A stretch of DNA of 64,000 nt, taken from Nitrospinales bacterium (GTDB lineage Bacteria > Nitrospinota > Nitrospinia > Nitrospinales > VA-1). Shown here in pieces: positions 43,212 through 52,362 of this stretch. The position numbers and the translations under genes are program-made. The stretch is from contig CBDCWG010000007.1 of assembly GCA_965223345.1 (NCBI GenBank), positions 288,001-352,000 of the forward strand, in the 5' to 3' direction. The stretch's first letter is position 1, and every line of letters starts with the position of its first letter. The notes below the pieces were generated by a model. That model searched no databases and was not told the origin of the DNA. It worked only from the letters and a program-made list of their open reading frames with translations.

Positions 43212-43733
43212 TCAGGTTTTCTCTTTCTGGATGAAATCCCAGACTTCGCGCGGATGGTCGCGCAGGTCCTCGATATTGCGCCAGACGGCGCGGATCATGC
43301 CGGTCTTGTCGATGACGAAGGTGGTGCGGTCGATCACCTTCACCATCGTGCCCAGATCGTCCACTTCCTTGATGACGCCGTAGGCGTCGGTGACCTTTTT
43401 GTATTCGTCGGCGATCAGCGTGAAACCGAGCTGGTACACCTCGATGAACTGCTGGTGGGAATTGACGCCGTTCCAGCTGCATCCCAGCACTTCCACTTCG
43501 CGGGTCTTGAACTTGCGGTTCCATTCGTTGAAACCGATCATCAAGCGGGTGTCTTCCGGAGAGCTGTCCTGGGCGTAAAACGCCAGGACCACCCATTTCT
43601 TATCCTGGAAGTCCTTCAGTTTGACGATCACCTTCTCCTCCGCGGAGGGGCTGGTCGCTCCGGCTTTGTAGCCGTACACCGCGGGCAGCTCAAACGCAGG
43701 GGCCCTGTCTCCTACTTCCAATTCGTTCGCCAT
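43212..43733 (-). CDS. BCP/PrxQ-like peroxiredoxin homologue lacking the peroxidatic Cys
   Basis: GDRAPAFEL, WVVLAFY, RTTFVIDKTG; active-site loop reads AQDSSPED instead of PxxxTxxC. Confidence 0.8.
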   Translation of the reverse strand: MANELEVGDRAPAFELPAVYGYKAGATSPSAEEKVIVKLKDFQDKKWVVLAFYAQDSSPEDTRLMIGFNEWNRKFKTREVEVLGCSWNGVNSHQQFIEVYQLGFTLIADEYKKVTDAYGVIKEVDDLGTMVKVIDRTTFVIDKTGMIRAVWRNIEDLRDHPREVWDFIQKEKT

Positions 43734-43774
43734 GAAAACCTCGGGTATTTGGGAAAGGATGCGCGCTTAGACCA

Positions 43775-44095
43775 TCAGTCGCCGAACGCGGCTTTCAGCA
43801 ACGGCTCCACTTCCCCCTTGGCTTCCATTTCATCCAGGATGTCGGTGTCGCCGTAGAATTTTCCGTCGATGAACACCTTCGGCAGGGTCGGCCAGTTGGT
43901 CATTTTGTTCAGGGCTTCGCGCTTGGGCATGTTTTCCAGTACGTTGATCACCTCGAAGGGATACCCGTATTTAGCGAAGAACTGGATCGTCTCCACGGTG
44001 AAGCCGCACTGCGGCGCGGTTTTCGTGCCTTTGCCGTAAATCAGAATCTTGTTCTGCGCGACTTCTTCCTTGATTTCACTTTCTAAATCAGACAT
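43775..44095 (-). CDS. grxD: Monothiol glutaredoxin (Grx4 type)
   Basis: KGT..PQCGFT, WPTLPKVFIDG. Confidence 0.85.
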   Translation of the reverse strand: MSDLESEIKEEVAQNKILIYGKGTKTAPQCGFTVETIQFFAKYGYPFEVINVLENMPKREALNKMTNWPTLPKVFIDGKFYGDTDILDEMEAKGEVEPLLKAAFGD

Positions 44096-44161
44096 TTTTT
44101 GCTCTCCTGAAGGGTGTCTTTTTTACAATTTATGGGATCGGGTGACGCGGGAATCGATCGG

Positions 44162-44395
44162 TTAACCCGGCAGGGCCGTTTTGATTTCGGCCGCATGGAT
44201 CCGCCCGTCCTGCATGGCTTCGTTGAGGGATTCCTGCACGGTGCGGTGCCGTGTCATCAGGTCCATGCTTTCGAACGCCTTGGACGTGACATGGATGATG
44301 AAGTGGTCCTTCATGCCCGTCTTGTCCATGACCTGGACTTCGGCATCCGGGATTTTGGCTTTGACCAAACCGATTAAATTCTCAATACTGATCAT
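44162..44395 (-). CDS. BolA family protein
   Basis: DHF..VTSKAF, RHRTV, IHA; adjacent to Grx4. Confidence 0.9.
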   Translation of the reverse strand: MISIENLIGLVKAKIPDAEVQVMDKTGMKDHFIIHVTSKAFESMDLMTRHRTVQESLNEAMQDGRIHAAEIKTALPG

Positions 44396-44708
44396 GTCGC
44401 CTCGTTTCTCCTTTGTGATGGTATGCGCTTCATTTTATTAGGTATTGGATTCAAAAAGCAGTAAAAAGATTTCAACTTTTCCAGCGGCTTGCGGTGCGGT
44501 TTCCGCCTCGACCGCAGCCACGCCCCTCAAAAGGCAAGCCATTGATTTTATTGCAACTATTTTATCGCCCTGCGGCCGGAAAGGGATGCGGCCGGGCCGC
44601 TTGGGATTGGCGAATCGGTCTGTTTTTCAGTATAATATATGAATCCGCCGCCCTTTAAAACCATCTTAGTTTGAGTGGCGGATTCAATCCATTTCAGCGG
44701 AGGCGTCA

Positions 44709-45050
44709 ATGAGCGTAGCATCGGATTTCGTTAAAATCACTCCCAAAGCCTGTGACGAAGTGAAACGGCTCATCAAGGCGGAAGGCAAACCCGAGATCGG
44801 ACTGCGTCTGGGTGTCAAAGGCGGCGGTTGTTCGGGCCTTTCCTATGACCTCAAATTCACCCCTCAGGAGGAAGGCGACACGGTTCTTCAGGGCGACGGG
44901 TTTCAGGTCTTCATGGACGCCAAGAGCATGATCTATCTCAAGGGCATGCAGCTGGATTTTCAGGACGGCCTGCAGGGAAAAGGGTTTGTGTTCGTCAATC
45001 CCAACGCCTCTTCCACCTGCGGCTGCGGGGAGTCCTTTTCCATCGCCTGA
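44709..45050 (+). CDS. A-type Fe-S carrier (IscA/ErpA/HesB family)
   Basis: GGGCSGLSY, NPNASSTCGCGESF. Confidence 0.95.
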   Translation: MSVASDFVKITPKACDEVKRLIKAEGKPEIGLRLGVKGGGCSGLSYDLKFTPQEEGDTVLQGDGFQVFMDAKSMIYLKGMQLDFQDGLQGKGFVFVNPNASSTCGCGESFSIA

Positions 45051-45194
45051 ACCCGGCCGTGCCGGATTGCATCATCGAAACATCCTTGAGGTCTCGTTTG
45101 AGGGCTGCGGGTCGCTCGCGACCCCTTCCTGGCGACTGAGATCCTGTAGCTCAAAGCGCATTGCGGCCCGAATGCGCTTTTTTCATTTCTTGCC

Positions 45195-46910
45195 ATGAAC
45201 CCGCAATCACAGGAAGAACACCGGCAGATCCGTGAATCCTGGGGCTACCTCCCGCTTGAGGACTGGTGCTGCGTGCGCGCTGCGGGCGCCGACGTGTTCG
45301 AGTTCCTGCAGACCCAGACGACCAACGATGTGCACCGTCTCAAGGTCGGCGAGGGACAAAACAGCGCTATCACCGACCGCAAGGCCAGGCTGATCGCGCC
45401 ATTCTCGCTGCACCGGGACGGGGAAGAATCGGTGGTGTTCTTCCTGGAATCCTGCCTCAAAGGCGCTCTGACCGCGCATCTGGAAAGCTACCTGTTCCGG
45501 GAAAAGGTGACGATCGAGCCGCTGGAGCACAAGCTCATCGCGGTGCAGGGGCCGAAAAGCGCCCTGGCGTTGCGTGCGGCCCTCGGCGGGGAGCCGGCGC
45601 TGCCGGACAAACCCAACAGCATCGCGTCGCTGACGTTTGAAGACGAAGCGATCCCTGTGATCCACAAGTCGCTGACCGGCGAAGAAGGCTTCATTCTGCT
45701 CGTCATGCCCGAACGGGCGGAGTCGCTGCTGAACGCGCTCCGCAACGCGGATGGCGCCCCTGCCGCTCCGCTCTCCCGGGAAACGCTGGAGGTGCTGCGC
45801 ATCGAGGCGGGCATCCCGCTGTTCGGCAAGGACATGGACAACAGCAACGTGTTTCCGGAGACGGGTCTGGAACACAGCTCGGTGAGCTACAACAAGGGCT
45901 GCTACATCGGCCAGGAGGTGATCGCCCGCATCAAGACCTACGGCGCGCCCAATTTCGCGCTGATGGGTCTGCTGCTGCCGGAGGGTCCCCTGCCCCCGCC
46001 GGACACGCCGGTGAAACTCAAGGACAAAAAAATCGGCACGATCAAAAGCGCGATCTTTTCCCCGTCGCTCGGGAAAAACATCGCCCTGGCCTACATGCAG
46101 AAAGACCACCGCAGCCCGGACACTACGCTTTCGGTGACGCTGAGGGACACGGAGGCCGAGGTGACGACGCACCTGTTGCCCTTCTACCAGCCGCAGACGC
46201 GCACGGATCACTCCAAGCGGCTGTTGCAGCAGGCTCTGGCGATCTACAAGGAAGAAGAGGACCTGGAACGGCCGATCGCCCTGCTCCGGGAGGCCATCGC
46301 CATCGATCCCAAGCACGCACAGGCTTACGAAGCGCTGGGCGTGTTTCTGTCCAAGCAGGACAAGCTGGACGAGGCCATCGCGCTGATGAAGCGGCTGGTG
46401 GAGATCGACCCGAAGGAGATCATGGCGCATTCCAACCTTTCCATCTACTACATGAAGCAGGGACGCATCGAAGAAGCGGAGATGGAAAAGGGCGAGGCCA
46501 CGGCCATCGAGTTCGAGCGGCTGGTCGAACAAAACATGGCGAAAAAGAAAAAGCAGCAGCAGGACGCCGAGGCGCAGAAAGAACGGGAGCGCAAGGTCGA
46601 GATGTTCAAGAAGGTGCTGGAAATCGACCCGGTGGACCCGGTGGCCAATTTCGGGCTGGGCTCGATCTACCTGGAGACCGGCCGCTCGGAGGAGGCGCTG
46701 GCGCCGCTTGAGACCGTGATCCGGGAAAACAAGGATTACTCCGCCGCCTACCTGCTGTTGGGAAAGAATCTGGAAAAGCTGGACCGGCTGGACGACGCCA
46801 TCGAGATCTACCGCCAGGGCATCGCCGCCGCCTCCAAGAAAGGCGACCTCATGCCTTTAAAGGACATGCAGAACCGGCTCAACCGGCTTCTGCACCCGCA
46901 GGAACCCTGA
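45195..46910 (+). CDS. ygfZ: YgfZ/GcvT-like folate-binding Fe-S maturation protein fused to C-terminal TPRs
   Basis: FLQTQTTND, LRIEAGIP, KGCYIGQE signature; C-terminal ~240 aa of TPR motifs. Confidence 0.85.
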   Translation: MNPQSQEEHRQIRESWGYLPLEDWCCVRAAGADVFEFLQTQTTNDVHRLKVGEGQNSAITDRKARLIAPFSLHRDGEESVVFFLESCLKGALTAHLESYLFREKVTIEPLEHKLIAVQGPKSALALRAALGGEPALPDKPNSIASLTFEDEAIPVIHKSLTGEEGFILLVMPERAESLLNALRNADGAPAAPLSRETLEVLRIEAGIPLFGKDMDNSNVFPETGLEHSSVSYNKGCYIGQEVIARIKTYGAPNFALMGLLLPEGPLPPPDTPVKLKDKKIGTIKSAIFSPSLGKNIALAYMQKDHRSPDTTLSVTLRDTEAEVTTHLLPFYQPQTRTDHSKRLLQQALAIYKEEEDLERPIALLREAIAIDPKHAQAYEALGVFLSKQDKLDEAIALMKRLVEIDPKEIMAHSNLSIYYMKQGRIEEAEMEKGEATAIEFERLVEQNMAKKKKQQQDAEAQKERERKVEMFKKVLEIDPVDPVANFGLGSIYLETGRSEEALAPLETVIRENKDYSAAYLLLGKNLEKLDRLDDAIEIYRQGIAAASKKGDLMPLKDMQNRLNRLLHPQEP

Positions 46911-46956
46911 CCCCCCGCTCTCCCGCACTCAAAGCCCGTTCAGGCGAAACTCCCGC

Positions 46957-48651
46957 TCAGGGCCGGCACTGCTGGCCGGGATTCTTCAGGAACGCCCACA
47001 GATCGGCTCCGGGCATCAGCACGCCTTTTTTGATCACGCCCTGATTGACGGAAACGCCGTGGTCCATGAGGAACCAGAACTTGAGCAGGATTTTTTCCTC
47101 GGGCGTGGTGTGCGGGTCCTCCCAGTTGGGCACCGAGCGGTGCGCAGCGTGCGCGTCGTACAGCTCCTGGGGAATCTGCAGGCGTTTCTTTTTGATGAAG
47201 GTTTGGTAGCCCTCGGTGAGGATGGGCTTGAAGTCCTTGCGGCTGATCTTGATCAGCTCGGACACGCTGGGCACGCTTTCGGCGTGGAATTCAAAAAACT
47301 TCAGCTTGTAGTACTGATGGATGGTCTCGAGCCGGAAGTAGCAATGCAGGTTGACGACGTTCTCGCCGTACAGGCGGATCAGGTAGCTGCGTATGAGGGG
47401 TTTGCCCACTTTGAGCAGCAGCTTGTTCAGGCGGCCGCGCTCGAACAGGTGAATCCGCACGGTGCTCAGGTGCTTGAGGCACTGGGCCTCGATGTCTTTG
47501 CGGATGCGCTCGGACTGGGCGGGGATGCGGTACCAGTAGATCTCCTCGCGCGCCACTGTCAGGGCGGAATTAAACGCTTCGTAGACCTGCTGGTTGTTGG
47601 ACCGCTTGGCCTGGCGGGCGATCTTGTAGGAGCTCTCCCTGGAGAACCCCAGCTCTATGAGTTGATCCTGGAACTCTTTGCGGCTTCCCATGAGGTAGCC
47701 GCCGCGCTCCTTTATGTGGTCCTTGGCTTTCTGCACGCCCCGGAGCGCGAGGCTGACATCGCGCGGGATCAGTTTCAAATCGAAGCTTTTGGCGAAGCGG
47801 TGGATCTCCTCGAGGGTCTTGTAATTGAGCTTGTCGATGTAGAGAAATTTCTGGATGCTCTGTTCGGAGAAGCCGCAGTCCTCAAATATCCTGATCTTCT
47901 TGTATTTGACTTCCTCCCAGTACTTGCGCGTCCCCTCTTTCTTCTTGAACTGGGCCTGGATTTCCGATTTGGCTTTGAAGAAGTAGCTGCGCAGCAGGTA
48001 CCATTTGATTTTCAGGGTGGATTCGATGATCCAGCGGTACTTGGGGGTGAGGATGGTGAGCTTCGGGTCCTCGAGCAGCTCCATCTCTTCGGTCTGCAGG
48101 ATGTATTCGAGCAGCTCCAGATGCCGTTCCAGCAGGATCGGGTTGATCTGCTCGATGAATTTGCGGTAGAGGGTTTTCCAGCGGAAAACGTCGAACTCGG
48201 TGTCGGCGCCGGTGTCCGAAGCGCGGATCCGGTTTTTGATCCTTTCAACGCCGACTTTCTCGATGCGCTCGAACAACTCGTCCCGGGCGACGATATCGCG
48301 GATTTTCAACTGTTTCAACCGGCTGATGACGTCGGGGATGCGTTCGGCCAGGGTCCGGTCGATTTCCTGGTAGGTGTGGATGGGAAGGAAATACAGCTCT
48401 TCCAGCAGCTGATTGACGTTTTCCAGAGACACGTCCGTCTTTTTCGCCAGCTTGCGGTATTCCTCGAAATCGAGGGTTTTGTCGCCGGTCTGGCAGGCGC
48501 GGATGTCCTTCAAAAAGCTGCGGGCTTTCTTGAGCTCCTCCCGTTGGGCGTAGGGGTCGTTGATGATCCTCAGAAACAGATATTCCGCCCTCTGCAGATC
48601 CCGCTGAGCAAGGAGTTCCAGTCCCTGCGTCATGGGGTCGAATACGAACAT
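46957..48651 (-). CDS. Hypothetical helical protein (about 564 aa)
   Basis: Long ORF with genome-typical codon bias; GAGG RBS before ATG 48651; no family recognised. Confidence 0.8.
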   Translation of the reverse strand: MFVFDPMTQGLELLAQRDLQRAEYLFLRIINDPYAQREELKKARSFLKDIRACQTGDKTLDFEEYRKLAKKTDVSLENVNQLLEELYFLPIHTYQEIDRTLAERIPDVISRLKQLKIRDIVARDELFERIEKVGVERIKNRIRASDTGADTEFDVFRWKTLYRKFIEQINPILLERHLELLEYILQTEEMELLEDPKLTILTPKYRWIIESTLKIKWYLLRSYFFKAKSEIQAQFKKKEGTRKYWEEVKYKKIRIFEDCGFSEQSIQKFLYIDKLNYKTLEEIHRFAKSFDLKLIPRDVSLALRGVQKAKDHIKERGGYLMGSRKEFQDQLIELGFSRESSYKIARQAKRSNNQQVYEAFNSALTVAREEIYWYRIPAQSERIRKDIEAQCLKHLSTVRIHLFERGRLNKLLLKVGKPLIRSYLIRLYGENVVNLHCYFRLETIHQYYKLKFFEFHAESVPSVSELIKISRKDFKPILTEGYQTFIKKKRLQIPQELYDAHAAHRSVPNWEDPHTTPEEKILLKFWFLMDHGVSVNQGVIKKGVLMPGADLWAFLKNPGQQCRP

Positions 48652-48911
48652 AATTTCCTCCCGCATCGAATCCGGGATGGTTCCGATCAGGTCTGGATCA
48701 AAGATTCATCTCCCGGCCGGCACACCGGCTGGCGCATGTAATTTACTGATATTCGAGCAGGAACTTGAAACCGAGGGATGCAGAGTTATCAATAAATTAA
48801 CATTCGTGATGATTTAGATGCGGTTTTTTTGGGCCAGGATTTTATTTAAAGCGAGAAAAATCACAATTTTTTTGCGGGGTCCAGGGAGGGAGATATCGCT
48901 GCGGAAAACAC

Positions 48912-48956
48912 AAAAAAAACGGGACGGCCTGACAAGCAGACCGCCCCGTCTTTTTT
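48912..48956 (-). terminator. Terminator of the nxr cluster (possibly bidirectional)
   Basis: A8, imperfect GC-rich stem, T6 immediately downstream of the nxrC stop. Confidence 0.7.
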
Positions 48957-48981
48957 AAAACTCGATCGGTAGAAAGAGAGC

Positions 48982-49986
48982 TCAGTACTTCAGCTCATGC
49001 CACTGGGTGACGCCTTTCTGACCGTTTCTTTCTTTGTTCTGACCATTCCAAATTGCGAATGCGATCGGGGTTTTCCCGCTCGCAAACTGCGTGTCGTTCT
49101 GGTCATTGGTTTTGAGCGCGCGTTTGAAAACGACGGCCCAACGGTTGTTGCTCCAGTTGCCTTCGCCCATGACGTCCTGATTCGCCTGAGTGGTCAGCGT
49201 GCTGAACCCTTCTGCGTTCAGGTCTTCAACGGGAGACACCCGCATGGAAGCATCGGAGAGGATGTTACCGGTAGCACGACCGGAATTGAACACGCCCTCG
49301 TTTTTACCCATGCCGTAGTCGACGAAGGAATTCCGCTTGGAGATGTCGCCGGTGCCCGCAGTTTCGATGCCCGCTGCGTTCCGCTTGGATTTGCTGCCGG
49401 AAGCATGCTGGGTGTCGAGGCCTTTGAGCTTGCCGCCAGGCTCGTACATGTAGTAACTGCCAGAACCCATGGCCATGTACTTGTACTGATCTTCCATATC
49501 CAGCATCGCGTTGTTGCCGGCTTTTCCAGCGCCCTCTTTGTTCCAGGTCGCTTTCCACTGCCAGATGTTGACGCGCTCGCCGTCTCCACCCATGGTGAAG
49601 GGAGGCTCTTCGCCGGTCTGGTTCACAGGAAACATAACCGCACCCTGGTCCTTATACTGCTGGGACTGGACCATGATGTCGTTTCTTGTGGGATCGGTCC
49701 AGGAAACCCGGATTGCGATTTCCTTGCCGTTGTTGGCGGCTTTCACGTTGACCCATTTGGTCGAAGGGTTCGGCCACATCGGGTTGGTGATCATCTGAGG
49801 ATCCAGATCGATAACCGTATGTTTTCCCTTGGTGGGACCGTAGTTGGACCAGAATGGATCGGTGGGGTCAATGGGAATCTCCCCCTGAACTTTCAATGCC
49901 TGGATCGTGGCCGCACCCGCAGAGGACGCAAACAGACCGAGCATGAAAGCTGAAATGAGAATGAGCAAATACGTCTTCCTATTCAC
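48982..49986 (-). CDS. nxrC: Periplasmic heme-b subunit (EbdC-like), candidate NXR gamma subunit
   Basis: Sec signal peptide; WTDPT, PFTMG, VNIWQWKA, WAVVFKRAL, AFAIWNG..ERNGQK; last gene of the nxr cluster. Confidence 0.85.
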   Translation of the reverse strand: MNRKTYLLILISAFMLGLFASSAGAATIQALKVQGEIPIDPTDPFWSNYGPTKGKHTVIDLDPQMITNPMWPNPSTKWVNVKAANNGKEIAIRVSWTDPTRNDIMVQSQQYKDQGAVMFPVNQTGEEPPFTMGGDGERVNIWQWKATWNKEGAGKAGNNAMLDMEDQYKYMAMGSGSYYMYEPGGKLKGLDTQHASGSKSKRNAAGIETAGTGDISKRNSFVDYGMGKNEGVFNSGRATGNILSDASMRVSPVEDLNAEGFSTLTTQANQDVMGEGNWSNNRWAVVFKRALKTNDQNDTQFASGKTPIAFAIWNGQNKERNGQKGVTQWHELKY

Positions 49987-50044
49987 AGTAATCTCTCCTC
50001 GTTAGCAAACAGATTAATATCCAAAACACTCGAGGAAAAGCCCG

Positions 50045-50863
50045 CTAGCGGGGTTCGCATTCCGCAGGAGCATTTGCGATCAGATCGTTTTCCATACTGT
50101 AGGACAGGGACCGAAATTCCGGCTCCTCCACCTTGACCGGCTGGATGTCCAGAAGCGTCGATTCGTTTCTGAGAAAAATCGACAGGATATCGACGATGTC
50201 CTTGTACAGTCCACGCTCCGCCTTGCGGGATGTGAAGATGCAAAACAAAGGAGCCCAGCGCCCCAAATGATTGCGCATGAATTTCTTCATGCTGCTGAGC
50301 AGAACTCCGATCTTTCGCTCATCATGACCGTTCTGGATTCCATATGCGGTCCTGAAGCACATGTAATACATAAAGGCCAGTTCTATCGAAATATGGTCCA
50401 GTCTCTCTTTAGACCGTTTCCTCGGCAATTCGAAACCGAATGTTTCAAAAAACCCGCCCAGCTGGATCAAAACGTCCGTCTGGGACTGGATACCGCCTTC
50501 TGTTCCGTACTGCATTTCGTATGGAGGACACTCCATCGAAACCGCATGCCCGAATACATGGATGTATTCCTTCTGCACCTGGTGAACGGTCATCTTTGGC
50601 AGGTATTTGCTGAATCCGTTCACGATGGATTCAACCTGCTTCCAGTCGTCCTCGTCCACAAGGGCGATGTCCATGGGTTCGAGCAAGGATTTAGGGCGGA
50701 AAAACTTCCGGTTCCAGGGATAACTCAAGGCACGCGAAAGGATGTCGTAAACCCTGCCTCGGGCGAGGTTCAACGAAATTCTCTGTCCTTTCAATTCTTC
50801 CAGTGTGCCTGTTTCCCCAAGTTTTGCCAACATGGGATCCGATGCTTGAGTCACATTCGCCAT
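50045..50863 (-). CDS. TorD/DmsD-family molybdoenzyme maturation chaperone
   Basis: CPPYE, ERLDHISIELAFM, FMRNHLGRW; GGAG RBS before ATG 50863. Confidence 0.88.
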   Translation of the reverse strand: MANVTQASDPMLAKLGETGTLEELKGQRISLNLARGRVYDILSRALSYPWNRKFFRPKSLLEPMDIALVDEDDWKQVESIVNGFSKYLPKMTVHQVQKEYIHVFGHAVSMECPPYEMQYGTEGGIQSQTDVLIQLGGFFETFGFELPRKRSKERLDHISIELAFMYYMCFRTAYGIQNGHDERKIGVLLSSMKKFMRNHLGRWAPLFCIFTSRKAERGLYKDIVDILSIFLRNESTLLDIQPVKVEEPEFRSLSYSMENDLIANAPAECEPR

Positions 50864-50903
50864 ATTCAATAATCTCCAAAATCCCCCGAAGGTTACCAGC
50901 ATC

Positions 50904-50933
50904 CCGGAACAGGGAGCGAACTCCCTGTTCCGG
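50904..50933 (-). other. Intercistronic 13-bp hairpin with UUCG loop
   Basis: CCGGAACAGGGAG-CGAA-CTCCCTGTTCCGG between nxrB and the chaperone gene; no U-tract. Confidence 0.7.
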
Positions 50934-50997
50934 TATTGCCGGATGAGCTCTTGCTTCAAGCGACGCCCGATTTGGGCTTTCGCCTTCACTTCACTCC

Positions 50998-52275
50998 TTA
51001 GATGGCGCCTGGATGCTCCTCGGGCCGTACGTAGAAAGGCTCTTCAACCGTAACACGGATGACTTCTTTACCTTTCCGGTTGAACCCGATGATCGTATCG
51101 TTATACATCTCAAACTTCTTGCCGTGAATGTTGGTCTCGAAGATCTTCGGACCGGGCTCACGTTTCCATTTGAAGATGATGCGCTGTGTCGTCCTAAAGA
51201 GCTGAAGGACTCCCAACAGATCCCGGTCGGGCACCATGTACTGATCGATCGCGTGATCGACGCCCGGTCCGAACATCTGCTGTGAATAGGCTCTGGGTAC
51301 GTGGCGCGACGGTACGTAGTAACCGTTCGGCTCGGTGCCCAGCTGCGGGTACAGCGGCAGAGCGACTTTGCGGTCCCGAATCAGGTAATACTGCGGATTC
51401 TCGGGATCGTGCGCCCATTCGCCGTTGCTGCCTATCTTCACAAGACCCTGAAGGCGAATCTTACCGACGCAGGCGGCCATACAACGGGTCTCCATCTGAT
51501 CGCCTTCCGTCAGCGGATCCAGTCCTTCGATCCTCGGGTAGCAGGCGATACATTTTTCAGAGATCCGGGTGGTTCCGCGGAACATCGGCTTTTTGTAGGG
51601 ACATTGCTCAACGCACTTTTTGTAACCGCGGCAGCGAGACTGGTCGATCAGAACGATGCCGTCCTCCTGGCGCTTGTAGATCGCCTTGCGAGGACACGCC
51701 GCCAGACAACCCGGATACGTGCAGTGGTTGCAAATGCGCTGTACATAGAAGAACCAGATTTTGTGCTCGGGCAGCACCGAACGCGTTCCGTTGTCGCCGC
51801 CGAAGGTTCCTTCGCGGGACTGCGTGAACTCGCGGCCGTGAGCGGTGTCTTCACCGAAGTTCGGGAAGCGCCACTCTTCGTCCGTCGGTACGTAACCGAT
51901 CGCTTGCTGGTTCAGACCGATCTTGGCAGGCGCTTCGAAAATCGTCACGCCTTCGTATACGCCGTGGATCGCTTTGTTGGAAGTCTTACGAACGTTCCAC
52001 ACGTTCTGACCCGGATTGGACTGCTCAAGCATCTTGAGGATTTTCCAATCCCAGAACTGCGGGTAGCCGCCGTAAGGTTTCGTTTCAACGTTGTTCCACC
52101 ACATATACTCCTGGCCCTTGGAGAAGGTCCAGGTGGATTTATGGGCCATCGTACACGTCTGACAAGCGATGCAGCGGTTCGTATTGAATACGAACGTAAA
52201 CTGCTCTTTCGGATGCTTCTCTTCGTATACGTAAGTAGCCATCCGGCCCAGTTGCCAGTTATAGACTTCAGGCAT
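50998..52275 (-). CDS. nxrB: Nitrite oxidoreductase beta subunit (periplasmic type)
   Basis: MPEVYNWQLGR, CIACQTCTMAHK, WWNNVETKPYGGYP, CNHCTYPGCLAACP, CRGYKKCVEQCP, CIACYPR..CMAACVG. Confidence 0.95.
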   Translation of the reverse strand: MPEVYNWQLGRMATYVYEEKHPKEQFTFVFNTNRCIACQTCTMAHKSTWTFSKGQEYMWWNNVETKPYGGYPQFWDWKILKMLEQSNPGQNVWNVRKTSNKAIHGVYEGVTIFEAPAKIGLNQQAIGYVPTDEEWRFPNFGEDTAHGREFTQSREGTFGGDNGTRSVLPEHKIWFFYVQRICNHCTYPGCLAACPRKAIYKRQEDGIVLIDQSRCRGYKKCVEQCPYKKPMFRGTTRISEKCIACYPRIEGLDPLTEGDQMETRCMAACVGKIRLQGLVKIGSNGEWAHDPENPQYYLIRDRKVALPLYPQLGTEPNGYYVPSRHVPRAYSQQMFGPGVDHAIDQYMVPDRDLLGVLQLFRTTQRIIFKWKREPGPKIFETNIHGKKFEMYNDTIIGFNRKGKEVIRVTVEEPFYVRPEEHPGAI

Positions 52276-52362
52276 TATCGTACCTCCTTAGCTTACTGTT
52301 TGTTCAGTTCCGTTAAATTACCGGATGCGGCGGGCCCCAAAAGAGGCCCGCACACACCAGAT

